In this document: positions 60,905 to 64,000 of the stretch, piece after piece
Layout: every line of letters begins with the position of its first letter
How positions within the stretch are numbered: the stretch's first letter is position 1
Source of the DNA: Candidatus Latescibacterota bacterium
GTDB taxonomy: Bacteria; Latescibacterota; UBA2968; UBA8231
NCBI GenBank assembly: GCA_965261395.1
Contig: OZ253462.1
Span: forward strand, 1,792,001 to 1,856,000
Direction: 5' to 3'
DNA: 64,000 nt
The notes under the pieces: model-generated
Databases searched by the model: none
What the model was told of the DNA's origin: nothing
Seen by the model: only the letters and a program-made list of their open reading frames with translations
Translations under genes and position numbers: made by a program

Positions 60905-61441
60905 CTAACCGGCCAGACGCGCTTGTAGGCGCTCTAGATAGGTGTTCACACTGCCGTCGAATACGGTGTCGCCGACGCGGACGACCGCGCCGCCCCGCAG
61001 GCTGGTATCGACTTGGACATCCAAGCGTACTTTGCGGCCGCTGTGGTGCTCTAAGCGCGCTTGTAGGCGCTGGCACTGCTCCTCGCTCAACGCCACGGCC
61101 GAGCGCACTTCAGCGCCAATTATGCCCTCGCGCTCGGCGACCTGATCGAGAAAATTTCCGAGTGCCGCGCCGACGATAGAGGCGCGGCCCCTGACCGCCA
61201 TGAGCCGGAGGAAGTTCAGGGTCAGCACCTCAACCTTGCCGCTGAAAAGCTCCCGCAGAACATTGGCTTGAGCTTGGCTGTCGGCTAGGGGGTTGGACAA
61301 AAACTCGACCAACTCGTCGGATTGGCGCACAGTATCCAAAAGCCGCTCGACGTCGCGCTGCACTGCCGCGGTCGCGCCCGTTTCATCGGCGGCTTCCAAC
61401 AGCGTAGCCGCGTAGCGTCGCACTACCTCGGGTGCGTTCAT
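60905..61441 (-). CDS. atpH: ATP synthase delta
   Basis: VRRYAATL, VDTSLRGG...GDTVFDGS, operon position. Confidence 0.92.
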   Translation of the reverse strand: MNAPEVVRRYAATLLEAADETGATAAVQRDVERLLDTVRQSDELVEFLSNPLADSQAQANVLRELFSGKVEVLTLNFLRLMAVRGRASIVGAALGNFLDQVAEREGIIGAEVRSAVALSEEQCQRLQARLEHHSGRKVRLDVQVDTSLRGGAVVRVGDTVFDGSVNTYLERLQARLAG

Positions 61442-61463
61442 TGTCCTGCTCGCACGGTGGCGT

Positions 61464-61955
61464 TCAATTGGATTCGGGAATTTTGGCGATCAAGTCGTCG
61501 ACGAGGCCGCGGTTTTTCTCATCGTCCAAATTGGCGTCAATCAGCACGCCAGCGGCTTGGACCGCGAGATTGGCCGTCTCGCGCCGCAACTCGGCGATGG
61601 CAGCGCGCTTCTCGCTTTCAATACTGGTCCGCGCTTGGTCGAGCATCCGCTCCGCCTCTTCCCGCGCTTGGGAGACGATTGTCTGCCGCACGTTTGCCCC
61701 GGCCGCGCGAGCCTCGGCGACGATCTTCCGCGCCTCTTCTTCGGCGGCGGCGATCTTCTGCCGATGCTCCTGTAAGACCTCTTCGGCCTCTTGGCGCGCC
61801 TGCTCGGCCGCGGCGAGCGCATCGCTGATGCGTTTCTCGCGCTCGTCGAGGGACGCCAAAAGCTGGGGCCAAGCGAACTTTTTGAGGACGAGCAGCACCA
61901 CCAAAAAGGTGATGATCGTCCATATTATGAGCCCCACATGGGGATCAAGTAACAT
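61464..61955 (-). CDS. atpF: ATP synthase b
   Basis: N-terminal TM, KKFAWP...LDEREKRI coiled coil. Confidence 0.93.
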   Translation of the reverse strand: MLLDPHVGLIIWTIITFLVVLLVLKKFAWPQLLASLDEREKRISDALAAAEQARQEAEEVLQEHRQKIAAAEEEARKIVAEARAAGANVRQTIVSQAREEAERMLDQARTSIESEKRAAIAELRRETANLAVQAAGVLIDANLDDEKNRGLVDDLIAKIPESN

Positions 61956-61965
61956 AAGACTTGTA

Positions 61966-63056
<1,091 letters not shown>

Positions 63057-63115
63057 TTACTGCCTTGTGAAATGTCTAAAAATAGGAGGGAATCTGTCGC
63101 AGTAATCAACCAAAT

Positions 63116-63144
63116 AAATTAATTAGGCCGCAAATTTCTGTCAA
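63116..63144 (-). promoter_or_regulatory. Putative internal sigma70 promoter upstream of atpB
   Basis: TTGACA-17 nt-TAATTT on the minus strand in the atpI-atpB gap. Confidence 0.6.
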
Positions 63145-63148
63145 CACC

Positions 63149-63454
63149 TCACGGGCTTTTAGAGCGGGGCTTTGAACGACCTTGTAGCTTGAGTACGTAA
63201 AGGATTTCAAACACCAGAAAAAGCAAGTACGCGGCCACTAGCGCGATGACGTAACTCGCGGGGTGGAACTCGGCCCATTTGAGCGCCAATGCCGAGAGGA
63301 CCGCCACGGCGATAAACCTCGCGATCATCCCTCCGAAGAAGGCGATCATAAAGACCTGCATGCCCTTGCCCCATCCCCAGCGAATCACCGCCAGCGCGAG
63401 CGCGCCGTTGACCCCAGCGACCGCCAAGCCAGCGATGATGCTGTCCCACTTCAC
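63149..63454 (-). CDS. AtpI-like small membrane protein
   Basis: About 3 TMs, GGMIARF, position upstream of atpB. Confidence 0.7.
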   Translation of the reverse strand: MKWDSIIAGLAVAGVNGALALAVIRWGWGKGMQVFMIAFFGGMIARFIAVAVLSALALKWAEFHPASYVIALVAAYLLFLVFEILYVLKLQGRSKPRSKSP

Positions 63455-63693
63455 CGTCCGTCCTCCCGCTTGCGCCGCTCATCTAAGTCCATCAGCGTCC
63501 GATAGAGTTTGTAAAACCCACCCCCCGCGCCGAGCAGGGTGCCCAACAAGAGAAAGAGCGGCGTAGTTGCAAACTTGTCGTCGAGCCACCAGCCGAGAAA
63601 CACGAAGATCAGGATCGTCGCCGCGAATTGAATCCCTAGGCTGGCGTACGAACCAATACCCGCGTATGCCCCGGTCTTTTTTTTGGCGACCAT
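63451..63693 (-). CDS. AtpZ/AtpI family protein
   Basis: LGIQFA...GWWLDDKFATTPLFLLLG. Start at MVAKKK. Confidence 0.85.
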   Translation of the reverse strand: MVAKKKTGAYAGIGSYASLGIQFAATILIFVFLGWWLDDKFATTPLFLLLGTLLGAGGGFYKLYRTLMDLDERRKREDGR

Positions 63694-63763
63694 ATTTTCT
63701 ACGAGCAAAGAAAAACGGCGGTGGCAACCCGCCGTTCTAACAAGTGTTTCCGCGCTTAAACGC

Positions 63764-63961
63764 TCAGCTCGTCTCCGACCCAGCATCCCCACACGAGCTG
63801 GGTGCCTGACCGCACTCGCACATAGGCTCGCCCAACGCATCGCGCATAGTGCCCAGCCCACCGCACGAACCCTGGATACGACGATTGCTGAAAATCACGC
63901 CGACGGCCATGGCGGCCATGACCAGCCCAAAGGCGGTGAAAGCAACGATAAGCGTGCTCAT
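63764..63961 (-). CDS. nqrM: Na+-NQR maturation factor NqrM (DUF539)
   Basis: [20 protein letters not shown]...CEC...C. Confidence 0.82.
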   Translation of the reverse strand: MSTLIVAFTAFGLVMAAMAVGVIFSNRRIQGSCGGLGTMRDALGEPMCECGQAPSSCGDAGSETS

Positions 63962-63976
63962 AGTCATCCTCGTTTC

Positions 63977-64000
63977 TCAAAACTCGTCAAAGCGGATCAT
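63977..64000 (-). CDS. 3' end of the upstream gene, probably NqrF
   Basis: ...MIRFDEF* resembles the NqrF C-terminus (I-x-x-D-D-F) and sits directly before nqrM. Only 8 codons are visible. Confidence 0.5.
   Translation of the reverse strand: MIRFDEF

Overview
This is a 64 kb GC-rich bacterial chromosome segment. Gene content and style suggest an FCB-superphylum lineage such as Ca. Latescibacterota, but that assignment is inference only. Most of it is housekeeping: dnaG, mpl, hisC, rel, recD2, map, dnaE, secG, tpiA, pgk (frameshifted), a PFK, comF, a full F1Fo atp operon next to nqrM and a probable nqrF tail, and four tRNAs (Ile-CAT, Val-CAC, Leu-GAG, Met-CAT). The most unusual feature is a tightly packed ~11 kb operon at 12496-23692. 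It encodes two large OPT-like polytopic membrane proteins, a ~1600-aa fusion of a degenerate (nicalin/nicastrin-like) M28 peptidase domain with a MacB/FtsX permease, an internally duplicated soluble protein, a stand-alone PqqD/RRE protein and a PAP2-like protein. The operon has no ABC ATPase and no RiPP enzymes, so it is a candidate undescribed peptide-handling or membrane-biogenesis system. Other accessory content includes a DUF4011 helicase-nuclease (Hhe-like) defence gene, an ABC exporter + DUF1854 pair, and a variable region after tRNA-Met where a lower-GC gene has replaced most of an ABC-2 transporter operon. All family assignments come from motifs recognised by eye; no database searches were run.
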